In this document: positions 60,283 to 64,000 of the stretch, piece by piece
Layout: each line of letters starts with the position of its first letter
How positions within the stretch are numbered: the stretch's first letter is position 1
DNA from: Centroscyllium fabricii
Lineage: Eukaryota
Reading direction: 5' to 3'
NCBI GenBank assembly: GCA_051313645.2
Contig: JBNRSN020000001.1
Coordinates: forward strand, 560,232,001-560,296,000
Length of the DNA stretch: 64,000 nt
Made by a program: the position numbers and the translations under genes
The notes under the pieces: generated by a model
Told to the model about the DNA's origin: nothing
The model's input: the letters and a program-made list of their open reading frames with translations, nothing else
Databases searched by the model: none

Positions 60283-60983
60283 CAGGAAACTCTTTGATAT
60301 CCGGCACCGGCGTGTTGCCGGTTTATCAAAATAATGGAGAGAGTTATCTACCGAGGCTATTTTTAACAAAGAAAAATTAAAAAAATCAAGAAATGTGCAG
60401 TATACAGCAATTGGGTATCCACCTACAGAATGTTGTGCTAAATGGATGTGGATTGTGGCAGTTTGGTTTACTCAGCCACCACACGCGACGACACAGTGGC
60501 GCAGTGCTTAGCACTAATGCCTCGCAATAAGGAGTTCCTTGGTTCGAATCCTGCTTGGCCCGGGACACCTCTGCGTGGAGTTTGCATGTTCTCCCCATGT
60601 TCGTGTGGGTTTCCTCCGGGTACTCCGGTTTCCTCCCACCACCCAAAGACATGCAGGTTAGGTGAATTGGAGATACTAAAAAAAAAATGGCCCATGAGTA
60701 TGTGTGTGAAATATAGTTCTTAGAGTTGGGGGTGTCGAGGTATGTGGGGAGAGGGTAGGAGGGGGATGCTGGGTTTGGATGATCAGCCATGACCTCATCA
60801 AAAATGGCGGAGCAGGCTCGAAAGGCCGAATGGCCTACTCCTGCTCCTATCTTCTGTGGTTGTGTGACTCGGACTTGGAGTCGGCAGCATTGCTGGTTAT
60901 TGAGGTGTTGTTTTCAGATGAGAATTTTGTCGGTTAATAGAGAATTCCGGATATTTAGGTGCTGGTTAAACAAGAGTTTCCTG
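60283..60983. mobile_element. Older Tigger-like MITE containing a SINE
   Basis: TA CAGGAAACTCTT ... AAGAGTTTCCTG TA. Confidence 0.7.
60485..60860 (+). mobile_element. V-SINE, second subfamily
   Basis: Close copy of 32565-32935. Confidence 0.85.
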
Positions 60984-62539
60984 TATGACTGATTATAGTC
61001 CTACACCCACCTTTCCCCCCCCCCCCCCCCCCCCAATCAAAAAGTGATCTTGTTACAGTGGACTAAAAAAGGACCATTCCTGTTTAGATTACTTCACCAA
61101 GACCTCTGTCTAGGAATGAAGGCAAATGCTGCTGATTGAACCCCACTGCCCACCCTTCCCAGATTCCCTGGAAAAGGTCAGCCCGAGCCCGGAAACATCC
61201 AGTAATATCACTAACTCTTGACAGCCCGGAAAGAAGGATAGTTCGCACTTGAAGAGGCCCAGAGGCCCGCCGACCTGTCTCTACTATTGTGTGCCCAGTG
61301 CCTTCTGGAGGTTCTTGCTGCCAAGTGCCTTGAAGACATGTCTGAAATGGGCAATGCTAAATAATGCCTTTCTAGCAGCTGACTGACAAATTCCACCTCT
61401 CCCAACAGCACTGCTACTGCTGTGCCCAAATCCTGTGCTACATCTGAGACCAGGCGGTTCTACCTAAAACCTAGTGCAAGCCAGCCCGATTTGAACTGGC
61501 CACGTGCACTATTGAACGCTCCCTCAAACTGCCTTTGCTCAATATTATTGTCTGTGCCATTAGATAAGACAGAAAGGAAGTGTTCAACTGAGGACTGTGG
61601 CCTGGGTCACTAGCTCTCATTGGAGCAAATGGAGGGAAATATGGATGCTGGTTGTTACTATCTCTTATCAGCAGCAGGTTGAAAGGGGGAATGGTGCTAA
61701 ATTCCTAACTGCACATACCTTGCCCCACACAAACTCTGTAAATTCTCCTGGACCTTGTTAAATGAGTGGTGTCAGAACTGAGACTGTGCACTTCAGGGCA
61801 CATTCTGGTCCTGCCCCTGGCTCCAGCCATTGTGACTAGAGCTTTTGGAGGTAACCTCAGCCATGACCAATCTTACAAACCACTAGACCTGACTCCATAT
61901 CTGCTTGGCTTACTGCCAGTAGAACAAGGAAACCGTGACCACTTGCATGTTCACCCAGCTCTCACTCCAGGCAGAAAGAAAGTGCATCGCTTCACTTTGA
62001 TGCAGCCCAAACCAGCACCCCCCCCCCCCCCCCCCCCCCTCAACAAACAAAAGTGGACAAAGAACCCTGAACAAGCAGAGCAATAATGCACAGATGACAT
62101 CTGGAGCTCGGAAAACAGCTTGAGCCACCACAACTAAAAGACCTACACCAACCTGTGAATGGAGAGCTCCCTGCCACCTTTACGTTCTGGTCACCATTAT
62201 GGCCAAGACTCCCTCATCCTCCCCACCACAGAATGGTAGGACAGGTCCTGACCCTGCCAGCTTGTAACCCTGCGCATTTGTGCAGATCTGTACAAGACCC
62301 TCAGTCTATGTACCTGCAGGTACCATCAAACCTAATGTGGTCTACCATGACCTGTGAAGTGTGTAAGTTTTTAATACAGGATGAGCTTCGTGTGAAGCCT
62401 CAAATCAAAGACGGCAGCTTGATCTTAACAAGTGGCTTTTATTCACAAAGAACTGAACCGTGTCCCCAATGAGCCCGCCCGGAATGAGAGATAAGTGGGC
62501 GGAGCATTCTCCTTTATACTAGTACCCAGAGGCGGGGTC

Positions 62540-62795
62540 ATTCAAAATGGCCACTGCAAAATTTTGAATGGTCTGCGCATGCGCTCGCCGAAGCATCAAT
62601 CGTTCGGGGAGGCCCGGGCATGCGCAGCCAAGTGCGGCGGCCATATTACGCATGCGCAGACCAGTCGGGGAGGCCCGGGCATGCGCAGCCACGTGCGGTG
62701 GTCATTTTGCGCACGCGCAGGGCAGCCGAGGAAATCTGTGCCGGACGTCTGACGCTGCCGGTTTTTCGGGTGCCGGATTAATGGTGCCCAATCTG
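62540..62795. mobile_element. Half Tigger-like MITE (one TIR)
   Basis: Ends GGGTGCCGGATTAATGGTGCCCAATCTG TA; TTCAAAATGGCC and GCGCATGCGC motifs. Confidence 0.65.
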
Positions 62796-63567
62796 TAATA
62801 GCAACATATAATTATTTGGATGGGGAGGAATAAAACAAAGAAAAAAAGGAAGAATGTGCTGGTGTATCAACTCTCTGAGAACTGTGGGTTGTTTATTTAT
62901 ATCTGAGAATTTTCCATATTTTGAGTTTCCTGCTTTGGACTTGGTTGTGAAAGAGAGGTGCTCTGGATAAGAGATGCTTCTCATTCTTCCTCCCCATCCC
63001 CAACACCACCAGCAAGCGGGGTTGGGAAAGTTGCTGGCTCATTTGCCCTGTGCCATTATTTTGTAACTCCAGTAAACCTGTTTTCGCTATTCTTTATTAT
63101 AACCCACAACATAAAACTAATCAATCCCGGCATGGTCTTCATAAACCAGAACCAATGTCTAATTGTTTAAATTTAGATATATCTGATATCCACCTACGTC
63201 AAGACCTAACCGCTTAATAAGCCCATGTTTATTGACTGGAAAAGCAGATGCCTGATGTCTCAGCAGAGTTTAGATGCTAAAGATACTAATTCTATATATG
63301 GCTGCTTTCCAATCTTTCATTTTGTCTTGCATTCAGTGAGCATTATGTGCAAGCCCATTAAAGTTTAAAATTATTTTAATTTGTGTTATGTACAAAATAT
63401 TCTCCCTTTTGTCCTACATCTTTAAATCCTACAAAGTCCATGCAGAAGTGATTCCAATGTAGTTACAGTACTACTGTACAACCTGCTTTGTAGACCGTAT
63501 AAACTTGTAATGAGTGACCAGAACAAATGTTTTCTCAAGACTTATTGTTTCAACACCCTTAATAATA

Positions 63568-64000
63568 CAGGTTGAGCACCGTTAATTCGGCACGGGCGGG
63601 ACTAGGCCTGCGCCGGTATAACGAAAAAAACGGGAGAATGAAGTCGGCCAGTGTGCACCATTCAAAATGGCTGCTCGCATGCGCACAACATTGGAAATGG
63701 CCCCCGGAAGTTTTGATCACCTGCAGTGTAGCTGCAGCCGCCCAGAACCCGCCGTGCAAAGATCCCTCAGCTCGGCTCAAGAGACAGACAGGATGGACTC
63801 TCCCCCCACCCCACAACCATAAATTAAGGCCCAGGCTGCAGGCCCAGCACAGCACTAACAAGTTAGTAGAGCGTGGTCCCGGTCCCGGGCAGCGCTGAGG
63901 GAGTGAAGACGGAGCGAGCGACAGATCCTTACTGTTTGGTGGCGCACGAATGACGAGGCAAAGGTCGGTCCAGCCTCCAGTGGCCATTTTGAATGATCTG
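63568..64000. mobile_element. Tigger-like MITE running off the window end
   Basis: TA CAGGTTGAGCACCGTTAATTCGGCAC left TIR; family motifs inside. Confidence 0.7.

Noticed and set aside
62361-62540. Possible minus-strand solo LTR fragment (TATAAA, AATAAA, GC boxes)
   Set aside because: No partner LTR, TSD, PBS or PPT to support it

Overview
Eukaryotic, almost certainly elasmobranch (shark) genomic DNA, judged from HE1-type V-SINEs, a SacSINE1/DeuSINE-like element and dominant CR1/Penelope content. The window lies inside the LRRC1 (LANO) gene on the + strand. Three consecutive coding exons (38093-38208, 43271-43443, 59140-59276) splice in frame; the rest is intron, mostly nested transposable elements. 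These include four Gypsy-type LTR retrotransposons (two full length with near-identical LTRs) plus a 1.8-kb non-autonomous LTR element, a PIF/Harbinger-type element carrying only an intact spliced MADF(-BESS-like) gene, many CR1 LINEs (one young, with an 872-codon open ORF2 portion), Rex1/Babar, RTE and L2 fragments, Penelope-like elements with minimal hammerhead ribozymes, and two classes of MITE. The strongest candidate for an unusual system is the young LTR element at 26249-32344. It has no tRNA primer-binding site; that position is a perfect 13-nt complement of its own LTR poly(A)-signal region, which suggests self-priming, and its RT has YLDN instead of YxDD. Boundaries of old repeats are approximate, and family names come from motif recognition, not database searches.
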